Part shown: positions 9,346 to 18,903 of the stretch, in pieces
How the letters are laid out: each line of letters opens with the position of its first letter
Position numbering within the stretch: position 1 is the first letter of the stretch
IMG/VR virus record: IMGVR_UViG_3300027320_000003
Location: 70,192 to 134,191 of that record
Source: a virus
Taxonomy: Duplodnaviria > Heunggongvirae > Uroviricota > Caudoviricetes
DNA length: 64,000 nt
Direction: 5' to 3' (one strand)
Program-made: the position numbers and the translations under genes
Notes under the pieces: generated by a model
What the model saw: only the letters and a program-made list of their open reading frames with translations
What the model was told of the DNA's origin: nothing
Database searches by the model: none

Positions 9346-10238
9346 TAGTAGACCGCTGAATTAGACTTCGATAGGTCGTTGTATAGACTTGTTCGAATGT
9401 CTCCTGAGTATCTCTGAGCCTTAATCCAAGAGTTGCTTATAGCCTTGTTTCTCTTATCCTCATTGTTATCTCCACCGAGACTCAGATTATAATATCCACT
9501 GCTGCACACAAAGGTAAAGCTATACGTAGCGGCGCTTGGCATGTTGTAATACTGGGAATGAGTACTCGACGTTCCGGATTGGCTGTTATTGGCGCTCACG
9601 TTCGCACTTAAGAATGGTCCCATTAATTTCACTGACACGCTCTTAATGAAACCAGTACTCTCGACGCCGTAAGCTCCAACGCTAGTTAACATCAGACGGC
9701 AAGCAGGAGGCCAGGCAACGATTGGACTCGTGCTAGTAGTGGAGTCAGCTGAGGTTGTTTTACTAGCCTCGTTTGTTCGTTGTTCACCGCTGCTATTGGC
9801 ATTTGGATTAGAGTTTTTACCGGAAGCAGCGTCAGTGTTCGAAGTAATCGACGCCTGAACAGGAGTGGCGAAACTATGAAGTCTGGCTGCCAAATCCATA
9901 ATAGCCGACGATCCATATCTATTAGTGTACTCGTCAAAAGCGTGCAGGGTGAATTCAACTGGAATCTCAAGGCTGCTTGTTCCCTGATACGTCCATACTC
10001 CATCTGGGTGAATTGGAGATGGCGTCACCTCAAAGTTGTTGTCTCGGCGTAGTTCAATAGTCTCTGGTGAGCACGGAAATAATATTCGGCTGGTATTAGC
10101 GGAATTGCTAGACGGTAATCCAGCAGACGATAGGTCGCCACCCAATCGTATCAATTCACCGTAGTATTGATCGCCACTTCGACCGTAGAGCTGGTCGTTT
10201 TGAATCTTTGGATTAAAGTAGGTATATGATGTTGCCAC
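9342..10238 (-). CDS. hypothetical Ser/Thr-rich protein (possibly structural)
   Basis: 298-aa ORF on the minus strand, convergent with the upstream block. Confidence 0.4.
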   Translation of the reverse strand: MATSYTYFNPKIQNDQLYGRSGDQYYGELIRLGGDLSSAGLPSSNSANTSRILFPCSPETIELRRDNNFEVTPSPIHPDGVWTYQGTSSLEIPVEFTLHAFDEYTNRYGSSAIMDLAARLHSFATPVQASITSNTDAASGKNSNPNANSSGEQRTNEASKTTSADSTTSTSPIVAWPPACRLMLTSVGAYGVESTGFIKSVSVKLMGPFLSANVSANNSQSGTSSTHSQYYNMPSAATYSFTFVCSSGYYNLSLGGDNNEDKRNKAISNSWIKAQRYSGDIRTSLYNDLSKSNSAVYY

Positions 10239-10248
10239 TAGGATATCC

Positions 10249-10986
10249 TTAGTGCCTGTACAGGTCTAGGATTTTAGACTCTAGATCTTTCAGCAGGCCG
10301 TCATGCATTTGTGAATCTAGGTCGGTTAGTTCATTAAATTTGATGGTGTCTACTCCGCCAGCGTTCTTTTCTACGCTTAGAGTACCATAGGCCTTTTCAA
10401 TTTCAACCGCTGTTCCACCTTCCTCAAAGGACACGTTCCATTCAGCGGTAACACCGCCTTCAACGTAATCCTCTCCGGAGGAGAACGCGAGGTTGAATGA
10501 TTGCAATTTTTCCATGAGAAGCGCCTCAGCTAGTCGTCTGGCTGGGCTAATAGGCCTAGAGGATTCAGCGACCACGGCTCCATCGGCCGAGGCGCTGTGA
10601 ATTAACGCCTGGTACTTCTCATCGAAAACATTCTCGAAACCTTGCTGCTCAAACGCTCCCTTATCAGAAAACTCCCGATTGTCAAACCAATCGTTAAACT
10701 CTTGGATGCTCGTAACACCACGCAGGTCAGCGATATCATTTTCAAACACGCCGAATAGAGGCTCTAACCCACCGGACGCGTTGGCAATTTCCTGCAAGGT
10801 GTCCTCGTCCAGTTCCATCCGTAATTCGCCGGCAACGTCATAATCCTCAGATAGGATCTTGAAACTTAATGCTGCCCAACCATCCTTAGAATCACCGACG
10901 CGCGTGATATCGCTAGTGAAACCTAGCACCTGGAAAGGAATTCCGCCTATTGAGAACGACACCGGCATGCGCAATCTTCTTGTCAT
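10249..10986 (-). CDS. hypothetical protein
   Basis: 245-aa ORF co-directional with 9342-10238. Confidence 0.4.
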   Translation of the reverse strand: MTRRLRMPVSFSIGGIPFQVLGFTSDITRVGDSKDGWAALSFKILSEDYDVAGELRMELDEDTLQEIANASGGLEPLFGVFENDIADLRGVTSIQEFNDWFDNREFSDKGAFEQQGFENVFDEKYQALIHSASADGAVVAESSRPISPARRLAEALLMEKLQSFNLAFSSGEDYVEGGVTAEWNVSFEEGGTAVEIEKAYGTLSVEKNAGGVDTIKFNELTDLDSQMHDGLLKDLESKILDLYRH

Positions 10987-11017
10987 GGTATAACTATTGC
11001 GGAACGATAGTTAACAT

Positions 11018-13645
11018 ATGGCACGCGCTACAACCGTTGAAGATTTAGCTAAAAGTCTTGGAGATATTAAGAAATCCATCTCCGCGACGTCTGACTACTC
11101 CTCTAGCATTGATAAGTCATTTGCTGAATCCCGTAAGAATGCCGAGGGCTTTAGACAGAGTATAGACGGTGTAAAGGAATTGTCTAAGAATTTACGCAAG
11201 AACCTAGGACCAATAGGATCCTTGTTTAAGGTTGATACGTCTGGTCTCGAGGCCGTGCAGGAGAGCTATAAATCTCTAAGCGAGGAGCGGTCCGCCATCT
11301 CACGTCAAATGCTGGAATATAGCACCGAGATTAATCGTCTTCGTGCTCGTGGTGCGTCTATTACAGACAGGGAGGAGCGAACCCTTCAGAATATGACGCA
11401 CGAGATGTACATGCTGAAGGATGACCTTAAGACGGTTGTCTCGGAGCAGGCAAAGCTCGAACCGTCGATGAAGGCCTACGGTAAAGCATGGAGCGAGGTA
11501 ACGGAGCTTGGCGATGAATTGCGCGCCTCGATGGTCGCACTAGCGGCTTTTACCGGTGTTTCCATGATCGCCAGACGGTTTGATGATGTTAGTAAAGCTG
11601 TATCTCAGAGCAACTTAGGCATACAGAACCAGCTTAAATTATACGCGGATGTCAATCAGGCGCAACTTGCATCCGGAGTATCACTAGACTCCATAATCGC
11701 CGCTCAGACCGCCATCGTGTCTCTCGGGTTAGAAAATCTAGGAAACAACAAGGATAATGTCAAGGTTGTTGGCATGCTGCAGGACAGCCTAGGCGTATCT
11801 GTGGATGAGTCTGCCCACCTTCTCGCCATTAGCCGAACCACGAGCGACAGCTTCTCTAAGATGGCTGACACGATATCCTACATGAGCCAACAGACCGGTG
11901 TCACTGCTAATAATATAGCAAAGATGTCCGTGGATATTACTCGCCAGGCCGGTAGCATCGGTAAAGTTGGATTCGATCTTTCAAACCTAACCGCAGCTGG
12001 AAGTTTAATTCAGGGCATCACCAACCGATTTGGAGGCGCCGGCGACGAGTTTAGCAAGTACTATTCCGCGATTACCTCGGCTAGGAACCTAACACCGGGT
12101 GCATTTGCGGGTACCGGTGCCGGTGCGTATGGCCAAGTCACTGATCCTAAGCTACTTCTCCAAGGACACGTTAAGAGCCTAGAGGCGGCGTCATCGATGG
12201 CTGATATTCCAGGCATGGGAGAACAGATTGAGAAACTGTTTGGAGTTAGCCAATTAGAGGCTAGCCTCTTTAAAAACAATAAAGATTTTAAGGCCGAGAT
12301 GATGTCGACGATCGACACCTACGATGAAACCATCGCCAAACAGAGACAAGTTAACTCCCTAACTGCCGGTTGGAACGAGCAGAACAAGAGCCTAGTTAAG
12401 TCATACGACACCATCAGGAGCACCATGTCGGGACTCCTGGCATCAGCATTAACTCCAATGGCCTCTGGGTTAGCGGTTGTTGCTGGTTGGTTGGCCAAGG
12501 TAACGACTGGGATGCAGGAGTTCTTCTCGGAGAACCAGAAAGCGGTTAAGATTGTTGGTTACGCTATTATGGCCGTCGCTGTACCCGCCCTAGCATACGC
12601 TACAATACAGGCAGCAGAGTTCGCGGCCGCGCTAATGGTGCTTGCTCGTGGCTTTAAGATTAACGCCATGCAAACAGCCGCGAAGTCTAATGGTGGAGGT
12701 TTGCTGGACGCTGTTGCTGGTGGTGGTATTAGCAAGATGTTAGAGGGTCAATGGAAGATTTCATTTAAAGGATTACTGTCAGCCATCAAAGGAGTCGCGA
12801 ATGTCGCCACACTTGGCCTATTCACCGGTGGTTTGAAGGGTATGATTGAGATGCTGTCTAAGGCAGGTCCATTACTATTCGGAGGAGCAAAAGCATTACT
12901 AAAGTTTATTGGACCAGTTGGCCTGATAATCTCCGCCATAGGTGCCGTGATGGATATGTTTGACGACACTAAGACTAGAGCAGACGTTCTTGTTGGAGTG
13001 CTAAACAGCCTATCATTCGGTCTTCTTGGACTCGCTCTCAAGGCTGATTGGGTTAGAGACTCGTTGAAATTCTTATCGACGGTGCTCGTTAATACCCTCG
13101 ACAACATCACGTCCGGCATGCTTAAAATAGTCTCCACGCTATCCGGGTTCTTCGGTCTTAAGGGTATATCATCCTGGGCAAAAAACCTGTCTAAGACGAT
13201 GTCTGAAAATTTTAGCACAGCTAATGACGAGATTTCAAAGTCAATCGACAAGCTAGCTGACATTGAGGCAGACAAAAAGAAAACCAAACCGGAGGATAAA
13301 TCTAACTTCTCCGACATGTGGAGCAGCACGACATTAGCCGATTTCGACAAATTTAATGCAAATTCAATTAAGAATGACCTGGTTGTTTCATCCAAGTCAC
13401 GGCCTCTACAGACTACTGAGCAGCAATTCCTCTACGATCCAACCGCTACTCGTCAGATTGCCAAGCAGGAGGAGATTTCAAAGAACATTGTTGAGTTAAC
13501 CTCTGTTATCAAGAAGACGAGTGGCGTTGACGTTGAGACCCAGCAGAAGATCAGCGATCAGGAACGTGACAACCGGATGTTTGATATGATCATGTTTGCT
13601 GAATTTAATAGTCCTGGATTAACACCGAACATGGCCAGATTATGA
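11018..13645 (+). CDS. tape-measure-like protein
   Basis: 875 aa. Long predicted coiled-coil N-terminal half. Central hydrophobic segments (KIVGYAIMAVAVPALAYATIQAAEFAAALMVLARGF). Gly-rich patches. Typical TMP composition. Confidence 0.45.
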   Translation: MARATTVEDLAKSLGDIKKSISATSDYSSSIDKSFAESRKNAEGFRQSIDGVKELSKNLRKNLGPIGSLFKVDTSGLEAVQESYKSLSEERSAISRQMLEYSTEINRLRARGASITDREERTLQNMTHEMYMLKDDLKTVVSEQAKLEPSMKAYGKAWSEVTELGDELRASMVALAAFTGVSMIARRFDDVSKAVSQSNLGIQNQLKLYADVNQAQLASGVSLDSIIAAQTAIVSLGLENLGNNKDNVKVVGMLQDSLGVSVDESAHLLAISRTTSDSFSKMADTISYMSQQTGVTANNIAKMSVDITRQAGSIGKVGFDLSNLTAAGSLIQGITNRFGGAGDEFSKYYSAITSARNLTPGAFAGTGAGAYGQVTDPKLLLQGHVKSLEAASSMADIPGMGEQIEKLFGVSQLEASLFKNNKDFKAEMMSTIDTYDETIAKQRQVNSLTAGWNEQNKSLVKSYDTIRSTMSGLLASALTPMASGLAVVAGWLAKVTTGMQEFFSENQKAVKIVGYAIMAVAVPALAYATIQAAEFAAALMVLARGFKINAMQTAAKSNGGGLLDAVAGGGISKMLEGQWKISFKGLLSAIKGVANVATLGLFTGGLKGMIEMLSKAGPLLFGGAKALLKFIGPVGLIISAIGAVMDMFDDTKTRADVLVGVLNSLSFGLLGLALKADWVRDSLKFLSTVLVNTLDNITSGMLKIVSTLSGFFGLKGISSWAKNLSKTMSENFSTANDEISKSIDKLADIEADKKKTKPEDKSNFSDMWSSTTLADFDKFNANSIKNDLVVSSKSRPLQTTEQQFLYDPTATRQIAKQEEISKNIVELTSVIKKTSGVDVETQQKISDQERDNRMFDMIMFAEFNSPGLTPNMARL

Positions 13646-14220
13646 GATTTGATGACAGACGAGAGTGGACATACGACAGCGACATCTTTCACAGGGGTGA
13701 CGTGCAGCAGGCGCTCCTCTTTAACGCCGAGTACGTAAAGCGTTGCGGTCCTAACCCAATCCCAAAGGTGTTCGAGGTTGCACGGGATGACGCTAACACT
13801 GACCATCTGTGGCATTCGCAGATATCAGATGTCACCCAATTCTCCAGGGAGGTTCAGATACCCTGCATCTTTATGCAGGATAAAACCCAGTACGTCGTTG
13901 AAAAGAATGTCCTGGTGAACACTCAGAGAGCGAAGGTGTGGTACTCGCACCTCCATCTCAAGGAATTTGATTACTTCCCAAGCCGCGGTGATCAGATCTT
14001 CTGGGGCGGCTACCGGTGGATGATGCTTGAGGTTGCTATTGAACCACAGGCCTATTGGGCACAGACCAGCATCTGGACGAACCTCTACGTTAATCTCGTA
14101 ATTAGTCCGATGGGCGATTGGCGACCAACAAAGGATCAGGAAAAGCTATCGCCAGCAGAAAAATCAACCACCAAGCAGGCCAGAGTACCCAAGAAGAAGG
14201 TAATCTCAAACCTCGTGTAA
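13642..14220 (+). CDS. hypothetical protein
   Basis: 192-aa ORF with ATGA overlap. Confidence 0.35.
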   Translation: MRFDDRREWTYDSDIFHRGDVQQALLFNAEYVKRCGPNPIPKVFEVARDDANTDHLWHSQISDVTQFSREVQIPCIFMQDKTQYVVEKNVLVNTQRAKVWYSHLHLKEFDYFPSRGDQIFWGGYRWMMLEVAIEPQAYWAQTSIWTNLYVNLVISPMGDWRPTKDQEKLSPAEKSTTKQARVPKKKVISNLV

Positions 14221-14225
14221 CCATT

Positions 14226-14870
14226 ATGAAAAAGATTCAAGAAGCGCCAATCCCTGATTTTGACACATCCGGAGATTTTAAACAGTGGAAAGATCTACCA
14301 GGCGAAGATTTGAGCACCTACCATCATCGTGGGCTTAAGAAGATGATGGCAAAGTCTGAACCTGCACTAAAAGCCAGGTTAAAATCTGAGATCACAAAGC
14401 TGCAGGATAGACTTGGAATTTCAGCCTCGATGCTAAACGGCGTCAACGGTAAGATTACGGTTAACGACGACGGTTCTATATCCGTCGAAGGTTCAGTTAA
14501 CTGGATGCATAAGAATATTAAAGGAAGATTACCGGTGCGCTTCCGCGAGGTAACCGGCGATTTCTACTGCAACGGCAACCAACTTACCAACCTCACAGGC
14601 GCACCAACCACTGTAGGCGGCAGTTTCTACTGCAACTACAACCAACTTACCAGCCTCGCAGGCGCACCAACCCGCGTAGGTGGCGCTTTCAACTGCCACT
14701 ACAACCAACTTACTAGCCTCACGGGCGCACCAACCAGCATAGGTGGCAATTTCGACTGCGACGGCAACCCGGTTCCGAAGGAGGAGTTGCTGGCCGGTTG
14801 GCACGCTACCAACGCCAGTCGGTCGGTGGTAGACGAATCCATGAAATTAGTGAACTCGTTGATTGGGTAG
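14226..14870 (+). CDS. leucine-rich-repeat protein, bacterial 20-residue IpaH/YopM-type LRR, paralog 1
   Basis: About 4 tandem 20-aa units with consensus FxCxxNQLTSLTGAPTxVGG (LxLxxNxLxxL). Start chosen at the ATG at 14226 after the upstream stop; the track start at 14118 overlaps the previous gene. Confidence 0.6.
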   Translation: MKKIQEAPIPDFDTSGDFKQWKDLPGEDLSTYHHRGLKKMMAKSEPALKARLKSEITKLQDRLGISASMLNGVNGKITVNDDGSISVEGSVNWMHKNIKGRLPVRFREVTGDFYCNGNQLTNLTGAPTTVGGSFYCNYNQLTSLAGAPTRVGGAFNCHYNQLTSLTGAPTSIGGNFDCDGNPVPKEELLAGWHATNASRSVVDESMKLVNSLIG

Positions 14871-14896
14871 TTAATCTAACACTAAAGGAGCATATC

Positions 14897-15250
14897 TTGA
14901 ACATCTTTGTAAACGACCAACAAGTAATACCAGAAACAGAGGCGCAAATCTTCGGTTTCATCCAATCATCCCCAGTTGAGGCAGTTATCACGCTTCAGAA
15001 TGATGGAGTAAACACTGCCAACTACCGCTTTCAAGAGTTCAATGGTACGGCCTGGGCAGATCTCGATGATCTCGGAACAGACCTACATAACACGCTCTCC
15101 TCTGGCCAGGTTAAATTAGTTAAAGTCATATCAACCTATCCTAAGGTTCGTATGGTTGCTAATGCCTCCGGTGGATCAGTTATTGGATTTGCAGTTACTC
15201 GTTGGTTTAACCGTGTTGATGGTGCGGATCTTCCAATCTTGGCCCTATAA
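14897..15250 (+). CDS. hypothetical protein
   Basis: TTG start 6 nt after the SD aaggag; the track start at 14798 overlaps the LRR gene. Confidence 0.35.
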   Translation: MNIFVNDQQVIPETEAQIFGFIQSSPVEAVITLQNDGVNTANYRFQEFNGTAWADLDDLGTDLHNTLSSGQVKLVKVISTYPKVRMVANASGGSVIGFAVTRWFNRVDGADLPILAL

Positions 15251-15888
15251 TGAACAATAAGCTCCATGCCGAGGCGAAATGCCTCATGCTTCAAACGCTC
15301 GGCGAGAGTTATCTTGATAGGGATATGCTCGACAGCTTCGGTAGCAGCCTGAGTAGTTCAGATCAGAAAACAGCGTGGCATCTCCTGTCGCCGTTCATCG
15401 GTGGTGACTCAGCTGATCTCGATAGCGAATTCAGCCGGTTCACATCCTCAAGGGAATACACCGATAAGATTAAGCCAAAACCAGCACTCGTTGCCGCCGC
15501 TGGTGACGTACTTGAGCTTCTCAAATACCGTGCATCCCGCGTATCTCGGTCAAAGATGGCTGAGTCGCAGGAATTATTTACGGCTGAGGTACCGGTAAAG
15601 GTCTATGGAACAGAGGAAGATATCTTCGATTCTACGGCTACGGTTAAATTCGCAGTCAATGTTGACTGGAGCAAACGAGGTATTGACAATGTGTGGGTAT
15701 CGATCTTCTCAATTAGTCCGTTCAATATTGGCGATCGCCGTATTAACATTGATCCTGACCATCTTCAAATGAACGTGGTTCACGGACGTGGACATTACAC
15801 CGTGCAAGAGATTGAACTATACCTAGCCAACGGCGAAGTAGATTACACAAAATCCTCGATCGAAGTGCTCGGAGACGAAAAGGAATAG
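15250..15888 (+). CDS. hypothetical protein
   Basis: 212-aa ORF. Confidence 0.4.
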   Translation: MNNKLHAEAKCLMLQTLGESYLDRDMLDSFGSSLSSSDQKTAWHLLSPFIGGDSADLDSEFSRFTSSREYTDKIKPKPALVAAAGDVLELLKYRASRVSRSKMAESQELFTAEVPVKVYGTEEDIFDSTATVKFAVNVDWSKRGIDNVWVSIFSISPFNIGDRRINIDPDHLQMNVVHGRGHYTVQEIELYLANGEVDYTKSSIEVLGDEKE

Positions 15889-15889
15889 C

Positions 15890-16738
15890 ATGAACATTTC
15901 ATTTAAAATTGAGCCTAACCGCGGTAGATACCGATCATTCGCTAAAGAATTGACCACGGTGAAGGTCGACGGATCGAATGTAGGAACTATTAGCCAAGAG
16001 GACCCGGTTGGAGATGGTACTCCAGCAAAATACAAGATTAGGTTAAAACTGAAAGACGGCGATCCTTTTAGGTGGGCGACAGTTAAACACCGATTCGATA
16101 ACGCAGAGGATGCCCGCCAATGGGCTAAGGATAACCTAGAAAAATTTCAGGACAAGCTGCACGTTAGTCTTGACGAATCGGACAACGGTATGAACACTTC
16201 ATTTAAACTCGGCGACCTGACAATTTCGGTTACGTACGATAGGTATCAACACGAACAGCACTTTATCTTTTCGCATGAAGGTGAGCAGGTTGGTGGTCTA
16301 GTGTTGGAAGGAGTCGATGAGAACGCTATATTTAGTGAACTTAGCCAAATCAAGTCTATCGCCGATTTAAGAGGGATGTGCCAACGCCGCCACCTCGACG
16401 TCGATTTATCCGAGATCTTTGACCCAGAGACGGAATTCTACAAAAAGCTTATGTCAAACACCGCAGAAAAAGCCGTGATGGCTGAAACAACCGACGACCT
16501 AGCCTCGATCCTGGTTCAACACCTCCTCAGCGAGGAAGACGAAGATTCAGATGTTGGTGACCAAGTGGTTGTCGCTGATAATGGCAAAAGTTACATCGGT
16601 GTTGTCGCTGGACGTAACCCGGATGGCAGCCTTAAGATTAGCTTTGGTGCACAAAAACCTTCTACACAGCGTCCATATAAGAAGGACGAGGTTCGTCGCA
16701 CAAAGAAACTTGACCCAACAAAGCCACCACAAGCGTAA
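15890..16738 (+). CDS. hypothetical protein with internal domain duplication
   Basis: MNISFKIEPNRGRY at the N-terminus is echoed by MNTSFKLGDLTISVTYDRY mid-protein. Confidence 0.4.
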   Translation: MNISFKIEPNRGRYRSFAKELTTVKVDGSNVGTISQEDPVGDGTPAKYKIRLKLKDGDPFRWATVKHRFDNAEDARQWAKDNLEKFQDKLHVSLDESDNGMNTSFKLGDLTISVTYDRYQHEQHFIFSHEGEQVGGLVLEGVDENAIFSELSQIKSIADLRGMCQRRHLDVDLSEIFDPETEFYKKLMSNTAEKAVMAETTDDLASILVQHLLSEEDEDSDVGDQVVVADNGKSYIGVVAGRNPDGSLKISFGAQKPSTQRPYKKDEVRRTKKLDPTKPPQA

Positions 16739-16751
16739 TAGCTGTGCCAGT

Positions 16752-17465
16752 ATGAAAACTGTGATTCCACCAAAATACCTTAAGCTTATCGAAGGTATAA
16801 TCACCTACCATGACGATGGCACGGTTTCAGTTGATGGAGATGTTAATTTCTACAAACTTGCGCTAACCGCCCTACCGGTGCGCTTCCGCGAGGTTACCGG
16901 CAATTTCGACTGCGCTGGCAACCAACTTACCAGCCTCGCAGGCGTACCCACCAGCGTAGGCGGCAATTTCTACTGCCACTACAACCAACTTACCAGCCTC
17001 ACGGGCGCACCAACCCACGTAGGTGGCGCTTTCAACTGCCACTACAACCAACTTACCAGCCTCACAGGCGCACCAACCCACGTAGGTGGCGATTTCTACG
17101 GCCACAGCAACAAACTTACTAGCCTCACAGGCGGACCCACCAGCGTAGGCGGCAATTTCGACTGCGGCGACAACCGGCTCACTAGCCTCACAGGCGGACC
17201 CACCAGCGTAGGTGGCAGTTTCGGCTGCACCGGCAATAGGCTTACTAGCCTCACAGGCGGACCGCGTACTGTAGGCGGCGATTTTAGCTGCACCGGCAAT
17301 AGGCTTACTAGCCTCGAAGGCGGACCCATCAGCGTAGGTGGCGATTTCTACTGCGGCGACAACCCGGTTGCAAAAGAAAAGCTATTGGCCAGTTGGCACA
17401 CGACGACTGCGGTTGATTCATTGCTAGACGAATCTGAGCTAATCGTGCGCAGGTTAATAGGATAA
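16752..17465 (+). CDS. leucine-rich-repeat protein, IpaH/YopM-type 20-residue LRR, paralog 2 (about 9 repeats)
   Basis: Repeats of GNQLTSLTGAPTHVGGxFxC. The N-terminal DDGTVSVDGDVNF and C-terminal LLASWHTT tracts are shared with paralog 1. Confidence 0.65.
   Translation: MKTVIPPKYLKLIEGIITYHDDGTVSVDGDVNFYKLALTALPVRFREVTGNFDCAGNQLTSLAGVPTSVGGNFYCHYNQLTSLTGAPTHVGGAFNCHYNQLTSLTGAPTHVGGDFYGHSNKLTSLTGGPTSVGGNFDCGDNRLTSLTGGPTSVGGSFGCTGNRLTSLTGGPRTVGGDFSCTGNRLTSLEGGPISVGGDFYCGDNPVAKEKLLASWHTTTAVDSLLDESELIVRRLIG
16980..17100. repeat. near-perfect 60-bp tandem duplication inside the LRR gene
   Basis: caaccaacttaccagcctcacRggcgcaccaacccacgtaggtggcgMtttc... appears twice back to back. It encodes two consecutive identical LRR units. 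Confidence 0.6.
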
Positions 17466-17466
17466 T

Positions 17467-18081
17467 ATGGATTTCACCGGCAAATTCTTCGGCAACTCCA
17501 AACTGGAGCGTAAAGCTAATCAGTTCTGGTCCAATGCGAAGAAATTACCAGAAGTAGAACGCATGTCATCCGCAGTTGATATCCATGGAGTCCTCTGCAT
17601 CTTTCGCTCCGATGTTTCGCAGGAGGAGATTGCGCTCCGGTTCTTCGAGACCTACAACAAACAATTTGAACTTGACCATGCTTGGACAAAGATGCTTGTA
17701 CCTGCCTCAAAGGAGCTACCAGCCATAGTCGACGTGTACCGCGCCCGTAACACAGGTTATGAGCCAAAGAATATCCCAAAGCATTTCTCGCCGGTTGACT
17801 CACTCGAGGTTATTCATACACTCAATTACTTTATCGCCAATAGCATCTCATGGGCCAATTTCTCTATCACAGACCTGCCGAAGTATGCACCTCTCGTACC
17901 GTGGTTTGAAGGCAAGTCAAAATATAGTCTCCTACCGTTAATAGGCGCCTACGGTTCAAGCGAGCGCCTATTCTCAAAATACGCCGCAGAATACACCTTC
18001 GGTAAGTCATCTCCAACCTGTCACTCAGCGGTTAATGAAAAATTAGGATCGTTGGTGAAGGAATTGGTTCTGTCCCTATGA
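17467..18081 (+). CDS. hypothetical protein
   Basis: 204-aa ORF. Confidence 0.4.
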   Translation: MDFTGKFFGNSKLERKANQFWSNAKKLPEVERMSSAVDIHGVLCIFRSDVSQEEIALRFFETYNKQFELDHAWTKMLVPASKELPAIVDVYRARNTGYEPKNIPKHFSPVDSLEVIHTLNYFIANSISWANFSITDLPKYAPLVPWFEGKSKYSLLPLIGAYGSSERLFSKYAAEYTFGKSSPTCHSAVNEKLGSLVKELVLSL

Positions 18082-18248
18082 CAACTGATCAAAAATGGGT
18101 AGTATGGGATGTTAACAATAATTGTCCAATCTCAGAGGCTCTCCCAAAGGATAAGGCCGAGGCTAAGGCTGAGTCAATTCGTAAGCAGCTCAATGAGAGC
18201 GTCTCAGCCTCTACCGCGATTACGGTAAAGCAATATATTGTTGGTTAA
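18078..18248 (+). CDS. small hypothetical protein (56 aa)
   Basis: ATG overlaps the upstream stop. Translation MTTDQKWVVWDVNNNCPISEALPKDKAEAKAESIRKQLNESVSASTAITVKQYIVG. Not in the ORF track. Confidence 0.3.
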   Translation: MTTDQKWVVWDVNNNCPISEALPKDKAEAKAESIRKQLNESVSASTAITVKQYIVG

Positions 18249-18470
18249 TTACCAACGTCCATCAGGGCAGGTTTGATTTTTAAGTTTGGTCTTTAACATG
18301 ATAAGGCAGTAGCAAATCTTACACCTTATCCGCATGTCACAGATATGCTCGCAGCTTTTGCACACTTTCATGCGCCGATCATGCTCCTCCCGATCAACGG
18401 TAGGCCAACCTAGTCTAGCCCAGTCAATCATCGCATTGTTAAATTGGGCGATGATTTCGATAATTTTCAT
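18249..18470 (-). CDS. small Cys-rich (zinc-binding) protein
   Basis: 73 aa with CKSCEHICDMRIRCKICYC and CPDGRW Cys clusters. Confidence 0.4.
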   Translation of the reverse strand: MKIIEIIAQFNNAMIDWARLGWPTVDREEHDRRMKVCKSCEHICDMRIRCKICYCLIMLKTKLKNQTCPDGRW

Positions 18471-18612
18471 ATAGGTTAAGTACGGCGAGATTTTTCAATA
18501 ATCTCCATGCCCTTCTCCATGAGGCGAGCACGCTGCTCCCTTGTCCACTTATTGCCAATCTTGCGAACTCTTTGGCAAACCTCATGGTTTGATATGGCGG
18601 ATAGCTTCTTTC

Positions 18613-18903
18613 TCATTTTCCATGCACCTTTGTGATGTAGTGGTGGTACGCCTCCTCTACCGGCATAAATACGGTTAGATCGGACATAATATCCCTATTC
18701 CTATACCAGGTCGCAAAACCGAGTACTATCTGTCGGTTCAGCTCCTCCCTATGCTCAAGTTCTAGTTGAATTCGTGTTGAGATGAGATCCACTATTTTTG
18801 CCGGATAGGATCCACGAAATATGGTCTTGTCTAGGTCGTTGGCAACCAGGTCTGATATTTCTTTAATTGTGCTCATCGTTTCACCACCGCATCTTTGAAC
18901 CAT
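18613..18903 (-). CDS. hypothetical protein
   Basis: 96-aa ORF overlapping the 3' end of the helicase gene. Confidence 0.35.
   Translation of the reverse strand: MVQRCGGETMSTIKEISDLVANDLDKTIFRGSYPAKIVDLISTRIQLELEHREELNRQIVLGFATWYRNRDIMSDLTVFMPVEEAYHHYITKVHGK

Noticed and set aside
11018-13645. Alternative reading of the 875-aa protein as a membrane-fusion or SMC-like protein rather than a tape measure
   Set aside because: Sequence alone cannot settle this. The combination of predicted coiled coil and central hydrophobic helices favours a tape measure, so that call is kept at low confidence.
14529-14804. Minus-strand ORFs (14529-14804, 16872-17105, 17096-17329) spanning the LRR repeat regions
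   Set aside because: They are reverse-frame shadows of the tandem coding repeats. Their own repetitive, Cys/Ala/Val-rich sequence mirrors the plus-strand repeats, and they have no start or SD context.
16880-17360. Tandem repeats considered as a possible CRISPR array or minisatellite
   Set aside because: The repeats have 60-nt periodicity and are in-frame and protein-coding (LRR units). There are no unique spacers, no leader and no cas genes.
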